This document shows, in pieces, positions 29,160 through 38,963 of a stretch of 64,000 bases of DNA; positions within the stretch are counted from its first letter, which is position 1; each line of letters begins with the position of its first letter. The notes under the pieces are model-generated. The model saw only the letters and a list, made by a program, of their open reading frames with translations, was not told the DNA's origin and searched no databases. Source of the stretch: Candidatus Woesearchaeota archaeon (GTDB lineage: Archaea > Nanobdellota > Nanobdellia > Woesearchaeales > 0-14-0-80-44-23); contig JAVZCZ010000001.1 of the NCBI GenBank assembly GCA_038874135.1, forward strand, positions 704,001 through 768,000, written 5' to 3'. A program made the position numbers and the translations under genes.

Positions 29160-31028
29160 TTACCTTTCTACCACTAAATCTGCGAATACTTCCTCATTTT
29201 CAATGTAAGGATACTCATCTTTAAACCTCTGATCCAAAATCCTTTGAATCTCACCCTCACTAAGCCCCTTCCAGCGATAGAAATTGCATACTCTTTTAAT
29301 AAATTTACCCTTCTCTTCCTTACAGAACACCCTTAAATCATATTTGCTTCTTAAAAATTCTGAAGAGAGCGCAACCACCCCTTCAATTATAATCACATCT
29401 TCTCCGGAGAGGAAGTATTCTTTTTCACCTTCTGATTTTTCTCTGCTGAGTGCGTTGTAAGGCCTTATCCTTATACTATCACCAGCCAGGACTTTCTGTA
29501 TCTCTTCTTCAATCCTTTTTAATTGAAACCTTTCGTAAACATTCTGATCTGCACTTCTTTCAGAAGCTGGAATTAGCCAGTCGTCCAGTTCTATTATTTT
29601 AACCTTTCTTCCTTCTATTTCCAATAGTTTTTTAAGGTATTTTGAGAAGGTGCTCTTCCCACTTCTGCTCTTTCCCCCGACACCTATTATGAATGGTTTC
29701 TTATCAATTTTTTTAATTATTTCTTCTGCGAACTTTCTGTAAGGCTCATTAATTATGAAATCTATCGCTTCATTCAGATCTTCAAACATGTAGTCCGGCT
29801 TAACCTCTGAGTCTCGGCATCCCCTGCCTGTCATTAGACCTATTGTTGTTATTCCAGCGTTTATGCCTGTGAGAATATCTGTTTTTGAATCGCCTATTAT
29901 AAAAGAGTTTTTTAGGTCAATGTTGAAGTCTTCTACTGCCTTTTTTATCATTCCTATTTTTGGTTTTCGGCATTCACATTCAATCTTGAATTCAGGAACC
30001 TCTTCAGGGTATCCCCTGTCCGGATGGTGAGGGCAGAAGTATATTGCGTCCAGGTATGCGCCCTCCTTTCCGAGCAGAGTTTCTAATTTTTTGTGTATCT
30101 CGTATAATTCTTTTAGGGTGCAGAGCCCCCTTGCTATGACTGACTGATTAGTTACAACTATTGCTAGGTATTCTGATCTGTTTATCTGAGCTATTGCTTT
30201 AGCAGCTTCAGGTATTAGTTTTAAGTCTTCAATCTTGTGTAGCAGGTTTACTTCCTCATTTATTACCCCATCCCTGTCCAGGAATATTGCCTTTCTCTGC
30301 TTTTCAATGTTTAAGCGTTCAATTCTGCCCGAAGAGTAATCTCGTCTTACCTGTTCCAGCCTTTCAGGAGTTCCCATATCTTTCAGATATTCAGCAGTTC
30401 TATAAGCATATATAGGCTCCCTGTCAATTATCTTTGGGAATATGTCCTTTCCGAAATCTGCTTTAACTCCTTTTTCAATATAATCTAGGATTTTTGGCGA
30501 TAAGACATAAAGGGCTGCACTTACAAGATTATGATACCACTTTTCAGGATCGTGAGGCTTAGGATGTATTGCAATGATTCTTCCGTTCTCGTCAGTTTCC
30601 AACAGGTCGCTGTCGTGTGGATGATCGTTTGGATGTACCACAAGAGTTGCTATCCCATTTTTAGTAAAGTGGTATTCTATTAGGCGCTTAAGATTCATGT
30701 TTACCATCACGTCGCCGTAAAGTAATAGAAAATCGGAGTTCAGTTTTTTTTCAATCTCTTTCAGCCCACCTGTTGTGCCGAGTGGCACTTGTTCTCTGTA
30801 ATATTCAATGTTTACCCCGAATCGCTTACCATCTTTAAAGTACGATTCTATCTGCTCAGCAAGGTGCCCTGTAAGCATTATGATGTCCCTTATTCCGTAC
30901 CTTTTTAGAAGTTCAATTTGATGTTCCAGCACAGGCTTGTCCCCTATTCTTATCATTGGCTTTGGAATCTCAGCTGAGATGCTTCCAAGACGAGTCCCCT
31001 TGCCTCCACACAGTATTACCGCTTTCAT
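29160..31028 (-). CDS. Triple fusion: nucleotidyltransferase (HddC-like) + GmhB-like HAD phosphatase + uridine-kinase-like P-loop domain
   Basis: ILCGGKGTRL...PKPM, LYGD; FLDRDGVIN, CPHHP...CECRKP; GVGGKSRSGKST, LDDW, IIEGV. Confidence 0.88.
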   Translation of the reverse strand: MKAVILCGGKGTRLGSISAEIPKPMIRIGDKPVLEHQIELLKRYGIRDIIMLTGHLAEQIESYFKDGKRFGVNIEYYREQVPLGTTGGLKEIEKKLNSDFLLLYGDVMVNMNLKRLIEYHFTKNGIATLVVHPNDHPHDSDLLETDENGRIIAIHPKPHDPEKWYHNLVSAALYVLSPKILDYIEKGVKADFGKDIFPKIIDREPIYAYRTAEYLKDMGTPERLEQVRRDYSSGRIERLNIEKQRKAIFLDRDGVINEEVNLLHKIEDLKLIPEAAKAIAQINRSEYLAIVVTNQSVIARGLCTLKELYEIHKKLETLLGKEGAYLDAIYFCPHHPDRGYPEEVPEFKIECECRKPKIGMIKKAVEDFNIDLKNSFIIGDSKTDILTGINAGITTIGLMTGRGCRDSEVKPDYMFEDLNEAIDFIINEPYRKFAEEIIKKIDKKPFIIGVGGKSRSGKSTFSKYLKKLLEIEGRKVKIIELDDWLIPASERSADQNVYERFQLKRIEEEIQKVLAGDSIRIRPYNALSREKSEGEKEYFLSGEDVIIIEGVVALSSEFLRSKYDLRVFCKEEKGKFIKRVCNFYRWKGLSEGEIQRILDQRFKDEYPYIENEEVFADLVVER

Positions 31029-32554
31029 GCCCTATTACCTGTTACTAATTTTTTAAATTCTTTCAACTCTTTAATGTTTAATATTCCTAATAGAGTTATT
31101 AGGATGAGATAGCTGCCAAAATATGTAAGAGCAGATATAGCCAATTTTAGTATTGTGTTTTCAAACAGATTTTTAAGCAGGAATATTCCAAATACGCTTA
31201 TCAATGCTGCCAGAGTATTGAGAAAAATATTTTTCCATTCCAGGCTTATTTGCAACCTTTTTGAGGCAATACTTCCAGCAATTATAGCTTGGATGATAAA
31301 AGCAAGCGTAGTCGTTATTGCCGCTCCGCTCATTCCTAGACGGGGTATAAGAATAATGTCGCCTACCAGGTTTAGAAGTGCGCTTACATAAATTATTTTC
31401 ATAGGCGTTACTGAATCCCCAGACGCTCTTATAAAGCTTGAGAATATTACGAAAATAGTGTAGAAGATTATACCAAATGATAGAATCCTCAGCGCATTCG
31501 CTCCTATTATGTTCTTAGATGTCCAAAGAAGATTTAAGATTACAGTTGGGAATATGGATATAAACACTGCCAGGGGAAGTATTATTAATAAAGAATATTT
31601 AACCACCTTCAATATCCCTTCACCAATAACTCTCTTCTTTCTTTTTTCCCAGAGTTCGGAAAACATGGGAAATAGCACAGCAGTTATTGCAGCAGGCAGA
31701 TACATTATGAGATTTACAGTCGGAACTACTGCATTCTTGTAAATTCCAACCTGTTCTAATCCTACGAAGTAGGTTAGGCATATTCCATCCACACTTATAA
31801 GAATTATGATACCTATTGAGCTCGCAGCTAAGGGTAGTGCATATCTAAATATACTTAAAAAAAGTTTTCTGGAAAACTGAGCCTTCACTCTAAAAAATTC
31901 TGGAAATATTTTTTTAAAAAGAAAATAAGAATATATCAAGAATATTATAAGCGGCGTTACCAGATAAGCTATTGCGGGGACTAGAGCATTTTTAATTCCG
32001 AATATAAATATCATCACAGCAGATACTGCCAGGACTGAGCCCATCTTGATAGTGTTTAAAAAGGAATAAAGCTTCTGTTCCTGAAATCCGAGCACTGAAG
32101 ATACAGATATGCCCGATAGGCAGTCTATAACTGCACTTACAGCGCCTATTATTATAACTGCAAGCGCAACATCAAAGCTAGGAATAGCTGTTTTCCTAGA
32201 CAAGTAGTATGTTATAATCTGTTTAGAAAAAATTATTGTTAAAATTGTGGCAAAAATTCCTATGGCTAACTGGGCTCTTACAGTAGTTAAAATTGCTGCC
32301 TTTATAAGCCCCTTTCTTCCTTGCGCTTTAAACTTTGGTATGAAATGAATTAGCGAGTTGCTAAGACCGAGCTCTCTAACTACTGCAATTATTCCGAGTA
32401 GGTCCAAGGTTGCGTAGAAGAGCCCAATCTCAACGATGGGAATGTTTCTATCATATATTATTCTTACGAGATAACTCAAAGGTGCTGAGATAAACATCAT
32501 AAGGAAGTGCCAGAAAAATCCTGAAATCGCCCTTTTTTTGTATTCAGCATTCAT
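31025..32554 (-). CDS. Oligosaccharide flippase (Wzx/AglR, MOP superfamily)
   Basis: About 14 TMs, GL..SLIHFIP, VGIY, VLFPMFSE, LIPRLGMSGAAITT; divergent from aglB. Confidence 0.88.
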   Translation of the reverse strand: MNAEYKKRAISGFFWHFLMMFISAPLSYLVRIIYDRNIPIVEIGLFYATLDLLGIIAVVRELGLSNSLIHFIPKFKAQGRKGLIKAAILTTVRAQLAIGIFATILTIIFSKQIITYYLSRKTAIPSFDVALAVIIIGAVSAVIDCLSGISVSSVLGFQEQKLYSFLNTIKMGSVLAVSAVMIFIFGIKNALVPAIAYLVTPLIIFLIYSYFLFKKIFPEFFRVKAQFSRKLFLSIFRYALPLAASSIGIIILISVDGICLTYFVGLEQVGIYKNAVVPTVNLIMYLPAAITAVLFPMFSELWEKRKKRVIGEGILKVVKYSLLIILPLAVFISIFPTVILNLLWTSKNIIGANALRILSFGIIFYTIFVIFSSFIRASGDSVTPMKIIYVSALLNLVGDIILIPRLGMSGAAITTTLAFIIQAIIAGSIASKRLQISLEWKNIFLNTLAALISVFGIFLLKNLFENTILKLAISALTYFGSYLILITLLGILNIKELKEFKKLVTGNRA

Positions 32555-32660
32555 ACTTTAAGATGTAAATTATGATCTGTTTTAAAACATTTGTTTTCAA
32601 TTGAACCAAATATTGGTAATATTTATAAATTAACTGTTTTATCACATAGCGGGGTGAGTT

Positions 32661-35492
32661 ATGTCTGAAGAAGAACCCTTTGCAGGAGAAGAAAATTTGC
32701 AGGAAGAACCTTCACGAGATTCAGAGGTATTAAAAGAAGACAGCGAAACTGAAAAAGAGGACAAAAAGTCAGAAGGTAAGGAGATTTCTCACAGCAAAAA
32801 AAATCACATATCAAAAAAAGAAAGAAAACATCCTTCTGAGGAAAACGATGAGGCTGACACTGAGGAAGTAAAGATTGACTGGCACAGAATCTACTCAACA
32901 TTTAAACAGCCTTGGCTTTGGGCGTTTCTAATTCTTATTCCTCTAGTTCTTACAATTGCAATTCGCATTCAGCCAAACAAGTTAGACATAACCAGAGACT
33001 GGGCGCAGAGCACTGTTTATAACTATTATAAGAATATGCTGGCACAGCAGATAGCCCAGCAATTCCCAAACCTTCCCGAAGCAAATAGGGCAGCCTTTGT
33101 GGATCAGCAGTTTCAGTCCTTCCTAAAATCTAATTCTGCACTTATCACCATGCAGGTAGACCAGACTGCAAACTATTTCAAGTCTAAGCTGCAGTATGAT
33201 TCAAACGGCACGCAGTATACCTATCTCGGAGATTTGGACTCTTACTACTTCTTGCGATATGCTGATAACTACCTCGCAAACGGAATGCAGGCAGACGAGA
33301 TAAGAAACGGAACCTACTGGGACAACCACATGTTAGCTCCAATAGGAACGCCGATGACTCCAACGCTCCACCCATATGTTATAGCTTGGCTTTATAAAAT
33401 ACTCAAAATCTTCCAGCCCAAAATGACTACTATGCAGGCATCTTTCTATGTGCCACTAGTTTGCGCCATAATAGCAGCAATAGTAGCTTTCATGATAGGA
33501 AAGCGCCTTTTCGGAAACCTCGCTGGACTAGCAGTTTCAGTCCTCTTAGCTGTAAATCCAATGTTCCTTAGTAGAACAATGGGCTCGGACACTGATGTAT
33601 ACAATGTGATGTTTCCACTACTCATAATCTGGATGATAATAGAAGCCCTGAATGCAGAGCAGAAGTGGCAGAAAATCCTGTTTGCAGTTCTTTCAGGAAT
33701 GTTTGTAGGAATTTTTGCATTGGCCTGGATGGGCTGGTGGTTCATATTTGACTTCCTCACAGCAGCTTTTGGGATCTACATAGCATATTTGCTAATCTTT
33801 GAAGTGAAAAAATCAAAAAAGAAGGCGTTAAGCAGCTTAGCACAAACAGCATTAGTACTCAGCATTTTTATTCTATCCTCATTTACTTTCACATCAATAA
33901 TAATAGGAGCGAAAAACTTTTCAGCAATTATAAAAGGACCTTTTGAAGTTATGGGCCTTAAGAATGTGGCTCATTCCACATACTGGCCAAATGTGTATTT
34001 GACAGTTGCAGAGCTTAACCCCGGAAGCATTGACACAATAGTTGGAGTTATGGGCGGTGCAAGCTTGGGAATCTTATTTGCAATACTTGCAATTTTAGGA
34101 GTTGTGCTCTTCACAATCTTGCACTTTGTTGATATTCCAATATTAAAGGGCTACAAAAAGTCGCACCACAACTTGATACTGCCGATCCTGCTAATAATAT
34201 GGTTTTTCGGAACTGCATACGCAACTTACAAAGGAGTGAGATTTGCACTTCTCTTTGTTCCAGCATTTGCCCTTGCAGCGGGTCTCGGCATAGGAATACT
34301 ATTTGAAATGATACTTCAAGTACTCTCTAATGCAAAGGTGCACAAATTATTCTCTTACTTGATTATAGCTATACTTTTAGTAGGGCTTATGATTCCTCAA
34401 ATAAAGATGGGCTATGCAACTGGAAGGGCCTATGTGCCTTCCATGAATGACGCCTGGTATGACGCACTTTCAAAGATAAAACAGGATTCTGCCCAAAACG
34501 CTATAATAAACTCATGGTGGGACTTCGGACACTGGTTCAAATATGTGGCTGATAGGGCTGTAACCGCTGACGGGGCCTCTCAGAATAGCCCGCAGGCATA
34601 CTGGCTGGGCAGGATACTAGTTACAGACAATGAGGACGAAGCAATTGCTATATTAAAAATGTTAGATTGCGGCTCAAACACTGCGTTTGAGATAATAGAT
34701 AAAAAATATAATGATACCCTAACTTCTATAGCGATACTCCGAAGCGCACTTATGCTTAACAGGAGCGAAGCCAGAAAGTATCTCTCCAACTATTTGGAAT
34801 CAGAAGATGTTGAAAGGGTAATGCAGGCAATGGACTGCACACCCCCAGAAGACTACTTCATAACAAGTGGAGACATGGTAGGCAAAGCAGGAGTTTGGGC
34901 ACATTTTGGACTTTGGGATTTTGAAAAGGCAAAGCTTCTGCTAAATGTTAAAAGCTCAAACTTTTCGTATGTAAATTCTTATCTCAGCAGCAAGAATTAT
35001 AGCGAGTCGCAAATACAACAACTCATTTACAACATCACATCACTTCCAGATACAAGGTATGAAGAATCATGGATATCTCCATGGCCTTCATACATAACTC
35101 AAGGCTACTGCACAAGCCAGAGTGAGAACACAACCTCGTGCAGCTTCAATTTTAACGACCAGCAACTATTATTAGTAATAAACTGGAGCGACACTCCCAA
35201 AACTTTCATATCCACTGGCAAAAATCCAATCACCCCATACTCTCTCGTTTATGTTGAAAATGCATCTTTGAAAGAAGTGAAATACGCCCAGCCAGGATTC
35301 CAATACTCAGTAGTTTACACGCCCGACAATACAGCCGTAATCTGCTCACCTGAGCTTGCCAAAAGCATTTTCACACGCCTGTTCTTTCTCGGCGGAGCAG
35401 GCTTAAACCACTTTAAACTCTTTGACCACGAGAGGGAGCTCACAGGTTCAGAGATATATGTCTGGAAGATTGATTGGGGAGAACACAAATAA
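32661..35492 (+). CDS. aglB: Oligosaccharyltransferase AglB (STT3 family)
   Basis: DLDSYY, SDTD, TVAEL, R-F motif, SWWDFGHW (WWDYG-type) and DMVGK motifs. Confidence 0.93.
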   Translation: MSEEEPFAGEENLQEEPSRDSEVLKEDSETEKEDKKSEGKEISHSKKNHISKKERKHPSEENDEADTEEVKIDWHRIYSTFKQPWLWAFLILIPLVLTIAIRIQPNKLDITRDWAQSTVYNYYKNMLAQQIAQQFPNLPEANRAAFVDQQFQSFLKSNSALITMQVDQTANYFKSKLQYDSNGTQYTYLGDLDSYYFLRYADNYLANGMQADEIRNGTYWDNHMLAPIGTPMTPTLHPYVIAWLYKILKIFQPKMTTMQASFYVPLVCAIIAAIVAFMIGKRLFGNLAGLAVSVLLAVNPMFLSRTMGSDTDVYNVMFPLLIIWMIIEALNAEQKWQKILFAVLSGMFVGIFALAWMGWWFIFDFLTAAFGIYIAYLLIFEVKKSKKKALSSLAQTALVLSIFILSSFTFTSIIIGAKNFSAIIKGPFEVMGLKNVAHSTYWPNVYLTVAELNPGSIDTIVGVMGGASLGILFAILAILGVVLFTILHFVDIPILKGYKKSHHNLILPILLIIWFFGTAYATYKGVRFALLFVPAFALAAGLGIGILFEMILQVLSNAKVHKLFSYLIIAILLVGLMIPQIKMGYATGRAYVPSMNDAWYDALSKIKQDSAQNAIINSWWDFGHWFKYVADRAVTADGASQNSPQAYWLGRILVTDNEDEAIAILKMLDCGSNTAFEIIDKKYNDTLTSIAILRSALMLNRSEARKYLSNYLESEDVERVMQAMDCTPPEDYFITSGDMVGKAGVWAHFGLWDFEKAKLLLNVKSSNFSYVNSYLSSKNYSESQIQQLIYNITSLPDTRYEESWISPWPSYITQGYCTSQSENTTSCSFNFNDQQLLLVINWSDTPKTFISTGKNPITPYSLVYVENASLKEVKYAQPGFQYSVVYTPDNTAVICSPELAKSIFTRLFFLGGAGLNHFKLFDHERELTGSEIYVWKIDWGEHK

Positions 35493-35507
35493 GTTCCTCA
35501 GTTTATC

Positions 35508-36215
35508 ATGAAGACGGCAGACCTAAAAAGGAACTTGAAATCCAGAGTAGCGATAGTAGTTCCAGCATATAATGAGGAGAAGGCAATAGGAAATGTGCTT
35601 TCTTCTTTAAAGAGGGCGGGCTACAAGCAAATACTCGTAGTAGATGACGGAAGTACTGATAGCACATCTGTCATTGCAGAAAAACACGGAGCAATCCTCC
35701 TTAGGCATTTAATAAACAGAGGATTGGGAGGAGCTCTCGCTACGGGAATAAAAGGCGCTTTAAAACTTACAGACGCTTCTGTCATAGTAACATTTGATGC
35801 AGACGGCCAGCACGCTGTGGAAGACATTGAGCGCCTTGTAAAGCCAATATTCAATGGAGATGCAGATGTAGTTATAGGCTCCCGCCTTATTAATCCTAAA
35901 GGAATGCCCCTCCTTCGCAGAATTGGAAACTGGGAATTGAATGTGCTCACCTTCCTGCTCTTCGGCAGGATGGTTACCGATTCACAATCCGGCTTAAGAG
36001 CATTTTCTAGAAAGGCAGCAGCCCAGCTTGAAATAACCTCAAACAGGATGGAGGTAAGCTCGGAAATAATAGGAAGGATAACTGAAAAGAAACTCAGATT
36101 AAAGGAGGTTCCAATAAGGGCAATTTATACTGATTACTCGCTCAGTAAGGGGCAGAGCATATTCAACGGATTCAGAATAATATTCAAGCTGCTTATAAAG
36201 TGGATAACCAGCTAA
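35508..36215 (+). CDS. GT2 dolichol-phosphate glycosyltransferase (DPM1-like)
   Basis: VVPAYNEE, VVDDGSTD, NRGLGGAL, FDADGQH, TDSQSGLRAF. Confidence 0.92.
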   Translation: MKTADLKRNLKSRVAIVVPAYNEEKAIGNVLSSLKRAGYKQILVVDDGSTDSTSVIAEKHGAILLRHLINRGLGGALATGIKGALKLTDASVIVTFDADGQHAVEDIERLVKPIFNGDADVVIGSRLINPKGMPLLRRIGNWELNVLTFLLFGRMVTDSQSGLRAFSRKAAAQLEITSNRMEVSSEIIGRITEKKLRLKEVPIRAIYTDYSLSKGQSIFNGFRIIFKLLIKWITS

Positions 36216-36235
36216 CCCGATTGGAGGTGTAAAAA

Positions 36236-36577
36236 ATGTGGCTCTTGTACGTTTTGGTCAGCATATTCGTATTATTTGCCTGGAGCAGGGCGCTACACAG
36301 GTTCAGAGAGCGAAAAATACAGCTAAACCAGTTCATATTCTGGACGATAATCTGGACGGGAATACTCTGCGCAGTATTCTTCCAAGGCTGGACAGTCTGG
36401 CTTTCTTCTCTCCTGGGAATTGGAAGGGGCTCTGACCTCATCGTTTATGTAAGCGTGGTGCTACTATTCTACCTACTCTTCCGCTTATATGTTAAGACAG
36501 AAAAAATAGAACAAGAAATAACAAAGATAACAAGCTATCTTGCTATTGAAAGAGCAAAAATTTCAAAGAAAAAATAA
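36236..36577 (+). CDS. DUF2304-like membrane protein
   Basis: Three TMs, LLGIGRGSDL, EQEITKI; usual partner of DPM1-like GT2. Confidence 0.82.
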   Translation: MWLLYVLVSIFVLFAWSRALHRFRERKIQLNQFIFWTIIWTGILCAVFFQGWTVWLSSLLGIGRGSDLIVYVSVVLLFYLLFRLYVKTEKIEQEITKITSYLAIERAKISKKK

Positions 36578-36581
36578 AGAT

Positions 36582-37682
36582 TTATTTTTCATAATTCTTC
36601 TCATAATCTTTACTGATTATACTGATTATCTTCTTAGCAGCATTTCCATCTCCAAGGGGATTCTTCCAGTTCCTATTGCGAGCCAGCATCTCTAATGCGG
36701 CATTCAGGATGCCTTCAGGATTCGTGCCCCCTATCATGTTAGCCCCAGCTTCAACAGTCTCAGGCCTTTCTGTTGAGGTGCGCATTGTCACGCAAGGCAC
36801 TCTCAATATGCAAGCCTCTTCCTGGACTCCTCCCGAATCAGTAAGTATGAGCCGTGCGTTTTTTTCAAGAGCCAAAAAGTCCAAAAAGCCAACAGGCTCT
36901 ATAACCTTCACTCCTTCAGGAATCTTAAGTTGAAACTCTTCAATCTTTCTCTTGGTTCTAGGATGGATTGGAAACACAACTGGCAAACCAATGTGCTTCT
37001 GAACAGCGTCAACCCCTTCCAGCATTCCCTTTAAGATGTCTCTGAATTCTACACTCTCTTGCCTGTGCATCGTGACAAGCAGGTACGCGCCAGGTTCAAG
37101 CCCTAAATCTTTAAGAATACTCTCATCTGCAAGCTCAACATTCTGAAGAACAGAATCTACGATGGTGTTTCCAGTAACGAAAATCCGCTCCCTAGGAATT
37201 CCCTCACGCCTCAGAAGTTTTTTTTCCAAGATGTTAGGTGCAAACAAGTATGTTGAACAGTGATCAGCTAAAACCCTGTTAAGCTCCTCAGGCATCCTCT
37301 CATCATAATTTCTTAATCCAGCTTCAACATGTCCAACCTTTATGTTAAGCTTCCTGGCAGCAATTGCCCCCGCAGCAACAGTGTTGGTGTCACCCTGAAC
37401 TAATACAACATCAGGCCTTTCAGATTCAAAGATTGGGCCTACCTTTTCCATAATCTTAGCAGTCTGCGCATACCCTGGCAGAGATCCAACTTCAAGATTA
37501 TAATTAGCATCCGGAAGCTCCAGCTGTTCAAAGAATAGCCTATCCATATTATAAGAGTAATGCTGCCCTGAGTGCACTACAAAATAATCAATACCTCTTC
37601 TTATGCACTCCCTTATGACTGGAGCCATCTTTATAATTTCAGGCCTAGTTCCAAGAACGATGCACACTTTCATTTTTGACAA
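36582..37682 (-). CDS. wecB: UDP-N-acetylglucosamine 2-epimerase (non-hydrolysing)
   Basis: GTRPEIIKMAP, SGQH, VQGDT, HVEAGLR, MPEE.NR, TDSGGVQEEA, TERPE. Confidence 0.95.
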   Translation of the reverse strand: MSKMKVCIVLGTRPEIIKMAPVIRECIRRGIDYFVVHSGQHYSYNMDRLFFEQLELPDANYNLEVGSLPGYAQTAKIMEKVGPIFESERPDVVLVQGDTNTVAAGAIAARKLNIKVGHVEAGLRNYDERMPEELNRVLADHCSTYLFAPNILEKKLLRREGIPRERIFVTGNTIVDSVLQNVELADESILKDLGLEPGAYLLVTMHRQESVEFRDILKGMLEGVDAVQKHIGLPVVFPIHPRTKRKIEEFQLKIPEGVKVIEPVGFLDFLALEKNARLILTDSGGVQEEACILRVPCVTMRTSTERPETVEAGANMIGGTNPEGILNAALEMLARNRNWKNPLGDGNAAKKIISIISKDYEKNYEK

Positions 37683-37697
37683 AAAGTTCGGTGCGTG

Positions 37698-38810
37698 TTA
37701 TAAAGCTTTTGATTTCGTAAAAAGCCTTCTTGCAAATTTTAGGAGCTTAGGCTCTCGGAGCAAGGCGCTAAATCCTAATGCAAGCATGGAATCCCTGCTT
37801 TTCATTTTAAAAAGCTTTCTAAGTTTTTTACCTTCCAGCATTCCAAAAAGCTCATCCAGTTCAGCATTGCTACAATTATCCATTATCCTTCTTACAATCA
37901 GAGAAGCATACAAATCCGGAAAAACTCTTGCAAGATACCTGGCAGTATAGCCGTAAGGATTATAAAAGTCCATAAAGGATTTTGAAAGCTCCTCAGCACT
38001 TCTGAGCCCAGGTATTATTCCGCCAAGCGTAGTCGCCTTAACCTGAAGTGCAGCATCTCCAACCAGGAAGACCCTTCCCCTCTGAACCGGCTGTAGCGGA
38101 CTGAACTTCGGAATTAGAGACGCCTTAAGCCCGCGCACCTGTCTCCTTCCAAGCATCTTCTTACAGAAAGCTTTAAACTTGTGTTTAGCATTTTCCTCAA
38201 AAGCCACACCCAATAAAACTCTTTCCTCATTTAAAGGCACAATCCAGGATAGCCCTCCCTGCTCAGGCCAGAAGAGTATTTCATTCTCATTCTTTAGCTT
38301 AGCTTCAACCTGTATTCCCGTATAAAACTTTCTACTTCCATAAATTCCAGCAAGCTTGGCAACTTCTGAGAAGGGCCCATCTGCACCAATCACGTAGTCA
38401 GCCCTAAAGGTAAATTTCTTTCCCTGAAAGCTGCGCATCCTAAGCAGGAAACTCCTCCCAGCCAGGTTCCAGCCATCAAACCTTGTGCCAAGATAATACT
38501 CTGCTCCTGCAAGTGCTGCCCTCTCAGAAAGCCACAGGTCAAATTCAACCCTGTCAAGCACAAAATTCTTTGCAAGAGAAATCTTAAACTCTCTTCCTGA
38601 AGGAGAGAAAATTCTTGTGCCTTCAATCCGGTTGATAATAAGCCGTTTGGGCACATCCAATATGTTTTTTATATCTTCAGATACGAGGCCAGTGCACTCC
38701 AGCTTTCCAATTCTCTTCTTCTCTTCAAAAACTTGAACCTTAAAACCGTTCTTTGCCAGCAGGTATGCTAAATGGCTACCCGAGGGTCCAGCGCCTATTA
38801 TGGCTATCAT
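37698..38810 (-). CDS. Geranylgeranyl reductase-family FAD-dependent oxidoreductase
   Basis: IIGAGPSG, CTG, DR.EFD, IGADG, SWIVP, VGDAA.QV..T.GGI. Confidence 0.85.
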   Translation of the reverse strand: MIAIIGAGPSGSHLAYLLAKNGFKVQVFEEKKRIGKLECTGLVSEDIKNILDVPKRLIINRIEGTRIFSPSGREFKISLAKNFVLDRVEFDLWLSERAALAGAEYYLGTRFDGWNLAGRSFLLRMRSFQGKKFTFRADYVIGADGPFSEVAKLAGIYGSRKFYTGIQVEAKLKNENEILFWPEQGGLSWIVPLNEERVLLGVAFEENAKHKFKAFCKKMLGRRQVRGLKASLIPKFSPLQPVQRGRVFLVGDAALQVKATTLGGIIPGLRSAEELSKSFMDFYNPYGYTARYLARVFPDLYASLIVRRIMDNCSNAELDELFGMLEGKKLRKLFKMKSRDSMLALGFSALLREPKLLKFARRLFTKSKAL

Positions 38811-38890
38811 GTTTTTTCTGTTTATCCGCCGTTTTTATATTTTTTCCCATTCTCTCCATCAGGTTTCGGATGTTCTTCAAAAGCAAAAGG

Positions 38891-38904
38891 GAAAGATTTA
38901 TATA
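38891..38904 (+). promoter_or_regulatory. BRE-TATA promoter
   Basis: GAAAGATTTATATA; GGGGGTG RBS-like sequence before ATG 38964. Confidence 0.65.
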
Positions 38905-38963
38905 CAAGACATATTTTTTTTATTAAAGAGTAGTAACAAAAGTTACCATTTGGGGGTGTCAGA

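Noticed and set aside
32575-32632. Run of short palindromes in the flippase/aglB divergent promoter
   Set aside because: Very AT-rich, so compatible with chance and with back-to-back TATA boxes
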